NCBI GenBank assembly: GCA_965261545.1
Contig: CBDHDF010000006.1
Coordinates: 192,001-256,000 of the forward strand
From: Bdellovibrionales bacterium
Lineage (GTDB): Bacteria > Bdellovibrionota > Bdellovibrionia > Bdellovibrionales > UBA1609
Length of the DNA stretch: 64,000 bases
Direction of reading: 5' to 3'
A program made the position numbers and the translations under genes. This document shows positions 41,808 to 51,151 of this stretch, piece by piece. Every line of letters starts with the position of its first letter. The stretch's first letter is position 1. Under the pieces are notes generated by a model, which was given only the letters and a program-made list of their open reading frames with translations, was not told where the DNA came from and did no database searches.

Positions 41808-42197
41808 ATGTTCAAGGCTGTGCTTAAGAGTGCTGTGCCAAAGATGGGATTTTTGGCCTCCACTCTTCTCTTGATGATCTCGTCGACTCTTCTCTTGATT
41901 TCCTTCTTATGCCTTGGTTTCTTTTCTTCCATGGAAGGTTTTACCACCCTAGGAGGGGGGGCTCTGGCGGCGGATTGTCATGACGTGATGCCCCATCATG
42001 AAGGGGTCGTGGAAGATGGCTCCCTTCAACCATTTCGTGAAAAGGGGGGGAGAAGAGGGCCCCATTTTCATGAACCAGACTCTCAAATTCCTCCTGTCTT
42101 TGATGAAGGACGACAACGAGACAGTGACTCAGGTCGCTCCAGTGTTGGGGGAGCTTATTTGGATGATGGTCCCTCTTCTGCTTGGGGTGACTTTTAG
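41808..42197 (+). CDS. Hypothetical secreted/membrane protein
   Basis: GGAG RBS, hydrophobic N-terminus, abuts holB. Confidence 0.45.
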   Translation: MFKAVLKSAVPKMGFLASTLLLMISSTLLLISFLCLGFFSSMEGFTTLGGGALAADCHDVMPHHEGVVEDGSLQPFREKGGRRGPHFHEPDSQIPPVFDEGRQRDSDSGRSSVGGAYLDDGPSSAWGDF

Positions 42198-43172
42198 TTG
42201 ACTCCTCGTCGTAGGCCCACGACTTCTTTGTGGTCGAAAATACAGGGGCACCATCAGAATATTTCAAATCTCAAAGCGATGATAAATCATGGAAGGTGGC
42301 CCCATACCTCTATTTTTTATGGTCCATCGGGGGTGGGGAAGTTTCTCAGTGCCAAAGCGGTGGCACAGAATTTCATTTGTACAACCCAAAGGGCTTGTGG
42401 CCAGTGTGGCCCTTGCGTGAGAGTGGACCTGGAATCTTCAGAATCTTTGCTCCTCATTCAGCCTGAAAAATTAGAGATCAAAGTGGACCAGGCAAGGTCT
42501 GTTGTGCGCTTTATGGATTTAAAAAACCTGGGGGCGGCACGGGTGGTGATTATTGACCAAGCTCATCGACTCAATAGGACTGCGGCCAATATTTTGCTTA
42601 AAACCTTGGAAGAACCCCCTGAGAATAGCTATTTAATTCTTGTGACTCCCACATTGTCGGGGGTACTGCCCACCATTCGATCTCGTGCCCAAGTCATGCG
42701 ATTTGCTATGCTTGGACCGGAAGACTTGGGAAAGTTGATGGAAGGCTCTGTCCCTCCATGGATTTTGAATTTGGGGCGAGTGGGTTTGGCCAAAGAGTTT
42801 TTAGAGCAGGGGGCTGCCATGACGGCTTGGACCTATGAGCTTTGGAGTGCTCTCCTTGGGGGAGACGTGGGGACGGCCTTTGGTAAGCTCAAAGATCGGG
42901 TGAAAGATCGTGGGGCAAGTCTTCGTGTTGTTTGGTTCTGGCAACAGCTTATGAAAGCGGCTTGGGCCTTTAAGGTGGGCCGGCCCGTTCCCCCGTGGCA
43001 GGGAGAGGTTTTAGAGGGGCTTGCATGCTTGGGAGAAAGTCAGTTGTCGGAAATCAGCTTAAAAACTGTGGGATTAGAGCGGGACATCATGGCTCAGTTG
43101 GAAAGAAGTTTGTGTTTTGAAAATTATTTTTATGAGGTGGATGATCTCATTCAGGGGCGTCTTTATGGGTAG
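42198..43172 (+). CDS. holB: DNA polymerase III delta' subunit
   Basis: GPSGVGK, CGQCGPC, AANILLKTLEEPP, LPTIRSR; followed by tatD. Confidence 0.9.
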   Translation: MTPRRRPTTSLWSKIQGHHQNISNLKAMINHGRWPHTSIFYGPSGVGKFLSAKAVAQNFICTTQRACGQCGPCVRVDLESSESLLLIQPEKLEIKVDQARSVVRFMDLKNLGAARVVIIDQAHRLNRTAANILLKTLEEPPENSYLILVTPTLSGVLPTIRSRAQVMRFAMLGPEDLGKLMEGSVPPWILNLGRVGLAKEFLEQGAAMTAWTYELWSALLGGDVGTAFGKLKDRVKDRGASLRVVWFWQQLMKAAWAFKVGRPVPPWQGEVLEGLACLGESQLSEISLKTVGLERDIMAQLERSLCFENYFYEVDDLIQGRLYG

Positions 43173-43980
43173 GACGCATCATGGGCCTCATATGACATCA
43201 CCAACTATGGCAACTTGGATTGATATTCATACACATCTTAATATGTTGGAAACTCCCCCTCAAGAGGCACTTAATATGGCTTTGGAGGTCGGTGTAGAGA
43301 GGATAATCACCATTGCAACAGGCCCCCAGGATTTTGATGAGGTGTTGTCCCTAGCGCAGTCTCTTCAGCCCTATGTTTATGGAACTTTGGGTGTGCACCC
43401 CCATGAAGCTTCTTCATTTGATGAGTCTGTGGATGAATATTTACAGGCCCATTTAAGGCGACCTGAAGTGGTGGCTGTGGGTGAGATTGGTCTCGACTAT
43501 TACTATGAACACTCCCCCATAGAAATTCAAAAAGAGGTCTTTCGTCGTCAGTTGCAGCTATCCATAGAGTATGGACTTCCCGTAGAAATTCACTCAAGGG
43601 ATGCTGAAAAAGATACGTTGGATATTTTAGGTGAGTTTGGGGGGAAGGTGAGAGGCTTGATTCACTGCTTTACGGGAACCCAGTTTTTGGCCGATGGGGC
43701 CTTGGATTTGGGTTTAAATGTGAGTCTCAGTGGAGTGGTGACTTTTAAAAAGGCCGAGGCTCTTCGTGAGGTGGTAAGGTCTTTGCCTATGGATCGCATT
43801 CATGTGGAGACAGATGCTCCTTTTCTAGCCCCCACCCCATTTCGAGGTAAGAAGAACACTCCCGCCTATGTGGTTCACACGGGAGAGTTTGTCGCCAATT
43901 TGTTGGGTGTGACCAAGGAAGAGTTGGCCCGCCAAACTTGTGAGAACGCTTTAAAGATGTTTTCTAAATTAAAGTGGTAA
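43165..43980 (+). CDS. tatD: TatD-family DNase
   Basis: DIHTHL, GVHPH, GEIGLDY, HSRDA, HCFTG, ETDAP. Confidence 0.93.
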   Translation: MGRTHHGPHMTSPTMATWIDIHTHLNMLETPPQEALNMALEVGVERIITIATGPQDFDEVLSLAQSLQPYVYGTLGVHPHEASSFDESVDEYLQAHLRRPEVVAVGEIGLDYYYEHSPIEIQKEVFRRQLQLSIEYGLPVEIHSRDAEKDTLDILGEFGGKVRGLIHCFTGTQFLADGALDLGLNVSLSGVVTFKKAEALREVVRSLPMDRIHVETDAPFLAPTPFRGKKNTPAYVVHTGEFVANLLGVTKEELARQTCENALKMFSKLKW

Positions 43981-44820
43981 ATGAGTATTTGTGACATAGG
44001 TGATATTATCTGCGCCACCCGAGCTTGGGCATATTCGGAGGCCCCAGGTGGATTCTCTCTTGCCGCCAAAACCTGGTCTTGTTTGCGCGGTGAAACCTTG
44101 CTGTTTTAAGCTTCGCGAGAGAGCCCCCGTGGCGGCATAGGTGCTGAAGATGCAATGGGGAGCTGCCGCTTGGGAAATCCAATGAGAGAGGGCCTCTTGG
44201 GTCCACATCTCTGGGGATGTACGTGAGCTATAGGCATCGAAAAGAATGCAGCTGAATGGGTGCTCAAAAGTTGTTTCTTTGTTGAGTGTTCCCCGCATTT
44301 GCCATTTGCCATTTTGCAATGACTCCAAGAGAAGGTCTTTGATGTGTTGTGAATGGTTTGAGTTTCTTTCATGGTTTGAGTTTTTTTCATGATTTGAGTT
44401 TCTTTCATGGTAGCGAGCGGCGAGGGAACTCCAAACCCTGTCGTAAATATCGATATCATAATTATCAGTATCATAATTATCCTGAGTATCATGATTATCT
44501 GGGCTAGGTTTCTGGAGCCATGCCAAGAAACTTTTTTGAAGACTTTCTTGTTTTTCAAAGCTCTCTAGGTAAAAGGTTTTCCAGGAGCCAAGTAGGGCTT
44601 CCATGGCAAAGATCATTTCGTTGTAACCCAGCCCCAATCCCACAGATAAAACAGACTTGGGAAGTTTTTTTTCGTGAATATAGGCCATGGCGGGTTGGTA
44701 GAGATAGAGGGCTTCCGAACTGGCTCCCTGTCGGTTGTGCATACTCTCTCCATTGATGAGGGAGAGAGTGGGGCTTCCGTCTCGGGTGGTTTGGAGGGTG
44801 AGGTTTTGGTCTTCGGTCAT
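43969..44820 (-). CDS. MnmC/MnmD-like tRNA mnm5s2U34 methyltransferase domain protein
   Basis: TRDGSPTL, ESMH..GA..E, VGLGLGYN, LFDAYS...PEMW, TYAA, PGFGGKRE. Confidence 0.8.
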   Translation of the reverse strand: MTEDQNLTLQTTRDGSPTLSLINGESMHNRQGASSEALYLYQPAMAYIHEKKLPKSVLSVGLGLGYNEMIFAMEALLGSWKTFYLESFEKQESLQKSFLAWLQKPSPDNHDTQDNYDTDNYDIDIYDRVWSSLAARYHERNSNHEKNSNHERNSNHSQHIKDLLLESLQNGKWQMRGTLNKETTFEHPFSCILFDAYSSRTSPEMWTQEALSHWISQAAAPHCIFSTYAATGALSRSLKQQGFTAQTRPGFGGKRESTWGLRICPSSGGADNITYVTNTHLPL

Positions 44821-44851
44821 GGTTATGAGTCTCTAGGGAGATGTCCATAGT

Positions 44852-46204
44852 TCATGGAGATGGTGAACTTGCCACTATGGTCTGGGTGATAAGATCGTGT
44901 CCGATCCATGTGATAGGGCTAGTAGAGCTAGGATTGGAGGGGCTTTGATGACGGCTGCCACCCCCTATATGGTCGAGGATCAACTGGCCACAGGCTTTGA
45001 AAACGATCTCGCTGAGTTCGGCAGTCATGAGTTCCTGTTTGGATTTGTGCATCTGGATGATTTCTGTGGCAGTGTTTTTCATAAGTTCCATTTGCTCGGG
45101 GCCATTGTGCTGTGGCCAAGCGTCGAATTGGCTCCACTTGGCGATCACTTCAGATTGGAAATAATTTTCAAGTTTTTCATCAAGGCTTTCTAGGGTGTGT
45201 TCGCTTTTCAAAAGCGATTGACATTTTTTGATGAGATTTTGGGTGAGAGGTGAGTGGGGAGCGAGCTTCTTAAAGGAGGCGAGAAGGCGGTAGAGGGGAA
45301 TTTCCACGCCCAAAAAGATACTGCTTGAGTTGGTGAGAATTTCGGGGACATTGTAGACGGCACTTTGGATGCCTTCATGGCTTTTTTCTTGGGCTACATT
45401 TTCAAGTCCTAATTTGGCCCAACCTTGCAGGTAGGGGGAGTAGGACTGCCATTTAAACCCCTCACCTATGAGTATCTCTGTTCCATGATAGCCATAGGCC
45501 ACATAGGAGACTTTGTTTCCTCTGGCTTCTATGGAGTTTCGTAGGTCCGTACTTTCTTCAATGAGGTGCTTGAAAGTATTGCATGTGACTTCATGGAAAC
45601 TCTTTTCACAAAGTTGTCCCATGTCGGAGTTCCAAAATTCCTGGGAGGAAGCATAGCGGTCTCCAGCCCCTTTAAATATTTTATTGGACAGAGGCATAAC
45701 AATGCGTGCTCGCGGGAAGCCACCGGCCATGGTATGCACAAAGAGGACATTGGCATTGTTGGGGATATGTGATTTCAACTCCTCAAGGAATTTTTTTGTT
45801 TGCTGACGAAACTTTGCCTCTCCCCTTTGCCGTGATTCTTCGATATCTTTCCAATTGAGTTGAACTTGTTTCCAGTCGGGGAGTTTGATCCCTTGAAGTT
45901 GGTCCACGGGAGACTGACCCGAACTTGCTTTTTCAAGGTCAAAGCCTGCTTCCAAGGGAATATTGATGATCTTTTCTGGCTCTGGTTTTTCAGTAAGTTC
46001 CTGTTTGGAGAGAGGCCGCAAAGTATTGTCCTTCTCTCGTCGTCCCATGGTCCCGGTGACGACTGCCATGCCTGCCCTACGGGCTTCACTGACGATACCG
46101 TTGACATAGCCTCTTTGGAAGAGTTCACCAAATACAACAAGGACATCTTGGGGCTTGCACTGATGGGGCGAGGGAAGTTCTCGCAGAGGACAGTATTGTA
46201 ACAT
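44852..46204 (-). CDS. FabMG-like enoyl-ACP reductase family protein
   Basis: VFGELFQRGYVNG, INIPLEAGFD, HTMAGG.PR, YVAYGYHGTE, WQSYSPY; recognised from memory of the family. Confidence 0.65.
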   Translation of the reverse strand: MLQYCPLRELPSPHQCKPQDVLVVFGELFQRGYVNGIVSEARRAGMAVVTGTMGRREKDNTLRPLSKQELTEKPEPEKIINIPLEAGFDLEKASSGQSPVDQLQGIKLPDWKQVQLNWKDIEESRQRGEAKFRQQTKKFLEELKSHIPNNANVLFVHTMAGGFPRARIVMPLSNKIFKGAGDRYASSQEFWNSDMGQLCEKSFHEVTCNTFKHLIEESTDLRNSIEARGNKVSYVAYGYHGTEILIGEGFKWQSYSPYLQGWAKLGLENVAQEKSHEGIQSAVYNVPEILTNSSSIFLGVEIPLYRLLASFKKLAPHSPLTQNLIKKCQSLLKSEHTLESLDEKLENYFQSEVIAKWSQFDAWPQHNGPEQMELMKNTATEIIQMHKSKQELMTAELSEIVFKACGQLILDHIGGGSRHQSPSNPSSTSPITWIGHDLITQTIVASSPSP

Positions 46205-46248
46205 AACATTTCTCCTTTTAAGGTCATTTACAGGTCCTTCACTTTTAT

Positions 46249-47637
46249 CTAAGGCGACTCTACCAAAAGCTTGTAAATTGTGCGAGCGAGAATAATAAGA
46301 ATCGCCAAAGGGGCGACCACTCTTACACTCCACAGAACCCATGGAGTTAAAAAGGAATGTTCATTTGTCATCTTGGCAACGGCTTTCTTACCAAGCTTCC
46401 ATCCAAAAAATAGGGAGAGGAGGAGGCCCCCAATGGGTAGTAAATAGCTGGAGGTGAGGGTGTCAAAGAGGTCGAAGAATGTGAGGCCCTCCCGTCCGGG
46501 GATGAGGGAGATTTTAAAGTCGCTGAGTTTATTAAATGAAAAAACGGAGAGCAGGCCAAAGAGGTAAATGAGGGTGCCAATGGTGATGAGAACCTTCTTT
46601 CGGTGGATATGGTAGGTCTCAGAAACATAGGCGGTGGCAACTTCGAGAAGAGAAATGGCTGAGGTGAGTGCCGCAAAGATGACGAGAAGAAAGAAGATAA
46701 TGGATAAGAAATAGCCTCCCGGGATTTGTACAAAAAGTGCCGGTAGGGTGCTGAAAATGAGCCCTGGCCCTGAACTGGGTTCGAGCCCAAAAGTGAATAC
46801 AATTGAGAAGATAATAAGGCCCGCAACGAGGGCCACAAGGGTGTCGAGCAGAGCCACTGTCACAGCCACACGGGGAAGGTTTTCAGACTTAGAGAGGTAG
46901 CTACCATAGACAATGATGACCCCCATTCCTAAACTTAAAGTGAAAAAGGAGTGCCCCACAGCTTCAAGAAGTCCGCTGGGGCTGAGTTTGCTGGTGTCCC
47001 AGGAGAACAAGAAGTTAAAGGCTTCTCCAAAACCTTCAAGAGTGAAAGAGTAGATAAGAAGTCCTATTAACATACAAAAGAGGGAGGGCATCAATATTTT
47101 GTTCCATCGCTCAAGTCCTTGCTGCACACCCTTCCAAACAATGGCCACCGTAAGGAAAACAAAGGCAAGAAGCCAAAGGCTTTGTCTTAGGGGGTTGGAG
47201 AGAAGAGACCCCAAGGCCCCTTGAATGGATTTATCATCTTGGTTAAAAAACTCCCCCATAATGGACCTGTATTCAAAGTCCAAAATCCACCCACTGACAA
47301 CACTGTAAAAAGAGAGAATCAAAAAGGCACTGATAAGCCCCATCCATCCAGGAAGACTCCACCAAGAGCCCTTTTTATGGAGGACCTCAAATGAGCGCAC
47401 CGTGTTGGCTTGAGATTCTTGGCCTATATAGAGTTCGGCAATAAAAATGGGAATGCCAACGAGGGCAATGCAGAGAAGGTAGACAAGAACGAAAGCTCCC
47501 CCCCCATTAACACCAGCAATATAGGGAAATTTCCAGAGGTTTCCCAAGCCGATGGCAGACCCCACGGCGGCTAAGACAAAGGACATGCGACTGCCCCAGT
47601 GGGCTCTGGGTTGGGAGGAGTTAGGTGTTGTGTCCAT
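46249..47637 (-). CDS. Sodium-dependent transporter (NSS/SNF family)
   Basis: GSAIGLGNLWKFPY..G.NGGGAF, FFTLSLG, GPGLIF. Confidence 0.93.
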   Translation of the reverse strand: MDTTPNSSQPRAHWGSRMSFVLAAVGSAIGLGNLWKFPYIAGVNGGGAFVLVYLLCIALVGIPIFIAELYIGQESQANTVRSFEVLHKKGSWWSLPGWMGLISAFLILSFYSVVSGWILDFEYRSIMGEFFNQDDKSIQGALGSLLSNPLRQSLWLLAFVFLTVAIVWKGVQQGLERWNKILMPSLFCMLIGLLIYSFTLEGFGEAFNFLFSWDTSKLSPSGLLEAVGHSFFTLSLGMGVIIVYGSYLSKSENLPRVAVTVALLDTLVALVAGLIIFSIVFTFGLEPSSGPGLIFSTLPALFVQIPGGYFLSIIFFLLVIFAALTSAISLLEVATAYVSETYHIHRKKVLITIGTLIYLFGLLSVFSFNKLSDFKISLIPGREGLTFFDLFDTLTSSYLLPIGGLLLSLFFGWKLGKKAVAKMTNEHSFLTPWVLWSVRVVAPLAILIILARTIYKLLVESP

Positions 47638-47681
47638 GGTGGGAGGCTTCCTTTCTTGTTTTGTGCCACATTGGTTACATT

Positions 47682-48452
47682 TTATTTACGGCGGCGGCGA
47701 ACTATTTTTTTTTGAGATTTTTTGTGAGTAACAAGTTTGATGTCAAACAATGATGCTAGCTTTTTTTCCGAGAGAGTAAGCACTTGGGCTGTATCTTCGA
47801 ATTTTCTGTTCTTTAAATGTTTTGCTTCATCCTTTAGCGCAGATTGAACCAACTCTGAGGTATTGACACCCCTAAGTTTAAAAAAAAGGTCAATATTGTT
47901 GTCAATTTGTGATCCAAGAGCAAATAATGATGCAGAGACATGTTTACACATATTCGCCCAGTCTGGACACGAACAGTGAAAGCTCATTTCTTTGATCGTT
48001 GGAAAAATCCCCTCTCCTCGATCAGAAAAAATATCTTTGAGTTCTTTTGGAAATTTCCCTTCATTCAGTTCTGGCAATGTGCAAAGATGTTCTCGTGAGA
48101 GACGCTTCATTTTATTCCATTTATTTGGAGAAAGCTTTTTTGTTTTTATTTTTATATTGTATGGTGACGAACTTGTTCCCATAACTATGGACTCAATATG
48201 GCCTGGCTTTATTGCAAAGTGAATGACGAGACCATTTTTAACATAACTTCTACCTCTTCCGACTCTATTATCAAAATCAGCATAATGTTTAAGATGATTT
48301 ATCCAAGCCTTTCCCCACCAAGAACTGGCAATTTGTTTGCCATCAATAACAACGGGATTTAGATTAGGATTTTTCTTTTTTAATTGTCGGATTTTTCTTT
48401 GTGCCCTTGCAGATCTTTCACCGACGCTCACATACTCTCTAAACCACATCAT
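47682..48452 (-). CDS. SWIM zinc-finger protein
   Basis: SSWWGKAW, RGRSY, CSCPDWANMCKH (CxC..CxH). Confidence 0.88.
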   Translation of the reverse strand: MMWFREYVSVGERSARAQRKIRQLKKKNPNLNPVVIDGKQIASSWWGKAWINHLKHYADFDNRVGRGRSYVKNGLVIHFAIKPGHIESIVMGTSSSPYNIKIKTKKLSPNKWNKMKRLSREHLCTLPELNEGKFPKELKDIFSDRGEGIFPTIKEMSFHCSCPDWANMCKHVSASLFALGSQIDNNIDLFFKLRGVNTSELVQSALKDEAKHLKNRKFEDTAQVLTLSEKKLASLFDIKLVTHKKSQKKIVRRRRK

Positions 48453-51062
48453 TTAGAGCCCTTCTTCCATTTTAATAAGATCTATGATTTCTTCATCTTT
48501 CATTTCTGTGAATTTAATTTCATTGCTTTTACTTCCGAGAAGATCGGCAAAGAGCTTCGATTTGTCTTCAATCATTTGATCGATTTTTTCCTCAAGTGTT
48601 CCCTTGGTGATAAATTTATGCACAACAACTTTTTTCTTCTGTCCAATTCTGAAGGCGCGGTCTGTGGCCTGGTTTTCAACAGCAGGATTCCACCAGCGAT
48701 CGAAGTGAATCACATGATTGGCGGCCGTCAAGTTAAGGCCCGTTCCTCCCGCCTTAAGGGAAAGAATAAAATAAGGAATATATTCGTCACTTTGAAACAT
48801 ATCTACTGCTTTTTTCCTCTTTTTGACAGAAGTTCCACCATGAAGGGTGACACCTTCCTCACCAGAAAGCTTATGTAAAAATTGTTCCAACGGAGGAATA
48901 ATTTCTTTAAATTGGGTAAAAATGAGGACTTTTTCTCTTTTTTCAAAGATCGTTTCGCAAATGTCCTTTAGTTTTTCAAACTTTCCGCTGCCCGTAATGC
49001 TAAAATTCCCTGTTCCAATATACTGGTCGGCATGATTGCAAATCTGTTTAAATTTTGTTAAAGATGAAAGAATAAGTCCTTTTCTCTTCATGCCATCTGA
49101 GTTTTCCAGCGATGACTGAACATAACGAACTAGTTTTTGATATTGCACGGCCTGTTTCTTGCTTAAATAAGAATAACTCTTGAATTCAATTTTAGATGGT
49201 AAATCCGAAATGATCTTCTTATCCGTTTTAAGCCTTCTTAAAATATAGGGAGAAATCACACCTCTAATTTTCCCCATTCCCTTATTTTCCTTGTGCAAGT
49301 GTTTTATCGTATGTTGAAACTCCTGTTTCGATCCTAAAAATCCAGGATTAATAAAATCGAAAATTGACCACAAGTCACTAATATGGTTTTCAATGGGAGT
49401 CCCCGTGAGAGCGAGACGGTTCTTCGATTTTAGGGACTTAACAGCATGCGCCTGAGAGGTAGCCGCATTTTTAATAGCCTGGGCTTCATCTAAAATAATG
49501 TAGTTCCATTTGATCTTTTTAAATGCTTCTGACCTTCTCACAAAGCCATAAGTGGTGATAACAAGGTCATATTTTGTAGTTAAAGACCTTTGAGTCATAT
49601 GTTTTAACTTGCTAAATTCTTGGTTAGAGGGGTGGGCCACCAAAAACTTCAATTGTGGAGAAAATTTAAAAATTTCATTGACCCAATTGGACAATAAAGA
49701 CGTTGGAATGACGAGAAGATGAATTCCTCCGTCTTTTTCAACAATCTTTTGCAGAAAGGCTAGAACTTGAATTGTCTTTCCAAGCCCCATGTCATCGGCG
49801 AGACATCCTCCGAGTTCTAAGGAGTGAAGCGTGTTCAACCAGTTAAACCCCTGATGTTGATAAGGACGAAGGATCCCTTTGAATTTTCTTGGAAGAGTGG
49901 TACTTCTCATGACACTCGGATTTTCAAGCTTTTGAGTAAGGTTTTCAAGCCATTTCCCCCGAGTGACTTCCAAATCGGAGAAATTGTTCCCTAAAAGGTC
50001 GCTATCCTGTCCTGACAATATTTTCATGGCCTTGGAAAAGGAAATTTGCCGTTCTTTCATCAATTTTTTTGCATTTTTCCATTTTTCAAGAGTCTTTGAG
50101 AGGTTTTCTCTGTCAACATTTATCCATTTGCCCTTTAAAAAAGAGAGTCCATCTGATTCATCAAGTAATTTTTTTGCCTCTTCCTCACCCAGTTTCTCCC
50201 CCCCAAGAGAAAGGCTTATGTCAAAATCCACAAGCGAGTCGGCACCTAACATAGATGGTTTCTTATCGCCAAGGGCAAAGTTTAGCTTGGCTCCCTGGGA
50301 TGCAGATCTCCACCAATTGGGAATACGACAAAGAACTCCGGACTTGCTATAAAGGGGGACCTCCTTTAAAAATCTTTGCGCCTCTTTAGGAGACCATCTC
50401 AAAGGCTTAAAGATACTTCCAGAATCGAGAATAGCTTTTATAAAGCTTGATGCTTCGGAAGCCCTTCTGATGGTCGATAATAAAATGAGTAGCTTCTCTT
50501 GATTATTTTCATACTCCTTGAGAGCATACTGAAGAGGTCTGTGGGTGGGATTTTCTCTTTCCCTCGTGTTAGCCAGATAAGTTGCCATAAACGCAAAAGG
50601 AAATTCAGTATCTTGCTTATTCTCAACAAGGTGAAAAAAAACCTTGCCCACCAAATGAACTTCAGGATTAAGGCTAAAAAAGTACTCTTTGACGCTTCCT
50701 TTGAAATATTTTAATTCGTTGGAAAAATGATTTTGAAGTTTGTCCCATTGGGTAGAAAGGTACTCTTCATTGAGATACTCTACACCTTGCATAAAAGGGG
50801 CATCATCTAAAAATTCTTGCACTTTGTCTGGAGCCAAGGCAACACAACATTTTTCACGCAGGTCTTCAATGGCGGGATCAAGTCGGACAGACTCAATGAA
50901 GTACCCGGCAAAGTTCGACCAAAATTGCAGAGAGGGACTCACTGCCTCCCTCTCTTTTTCTTTTTCGAGTGCTAGAGAAAGTAGAGTGGCCTCGGGAGAA
51001 GTATTGAGGGGAGGAGTAAAAGATAAATGACCATTTTCATTAGCAGTGACCTCAACTTTCAT
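48453..51062 (-). CDS. SNF2-family helicase/ATPase
   Basis: LADDMGLGKT, LDEAQAIKN, TGTPIEN, SLKAGGTGLNL, DRWWNPAVENQATDRAFRIGQ. Confidence 0.93.
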   Translation of the reverse strand: MKVEVTANENGHLSFTPPLNTSPEATLLSLALEKEKEREAVSPSLQFWSNFAGYFIESVRLDPAIEDLREKCCVALAPDKVQEFLDDAPFMQGVEYLNEEYLSTQWDKLQNHFSNELKYFKGSVKEYFFSLNPEVHLVGKVFFHLVENKQDTEFPFAFMATYLANTRERENPTHRPLQYALKEYENNQEKLLILLSTIRRASEASSFIKAILDSGSIFKPLRWSPKEAQRFLKEVPLYSKSGVLCRIPNWWRSASQGAKLNFALGDKKPSMLGADSLVDFDISLSLGGEKLGEEEAKKLLDESDGLSFLKGKWINVDRENLSKTLEKWKNAKKLMKERQISFSKAMKILSGQDSDLLGNNFSDLEVTRGKWLENLTQKLENPSVMRSTTLPRKFKGILRPYQHQGFNWLNTLHSLELGGCLADDMGLGKTIQVLAFLQKIVEKDGGIHLLVIPTSLLSNWVNEIFKFSPQLKFLVAHPSNQEFSKLKHMTQRSLTTKYDLVITTYGFVRRSEAFKKIKWNYIILDEAQAIKNAATSQAHAVKSLKSKNRLALTGTPIENHISDLWSIFDFINPGFLGSKQEFQHTIKHLHKENKGMGKIRGVISPYILRRLKTDKKIISDLPSKIEFKSYSYLSKKQAVQYQKLVRYVQSSLENSDGMKRKGLILSSLTKFKQICNHADQYIGTGNFSITGSGKFEKLKDICETIFEKREKVLIFTQFKEIIPPLEQFLHKLSGEEGVTLHGGTSVKKRKKAVDMFQSDEYIPYFILSLKAGGTGLNLTAANHVIHFDRWWNPAVENQATDRAFRIGQKKKVVVHKFITKGTLEEKIDQMIEDKSKLFADLLGSKSNEIKFTEMKDEEIIDLIKMEEGL

Positions 51063-51151
51063 AAGTGACCTCAATCATTGGAATTATATATATTTAGACA
51101 TGTCTGTCAGTCAATACAATAAGTCAATACAACAAGTTAACACAAAGAGAT

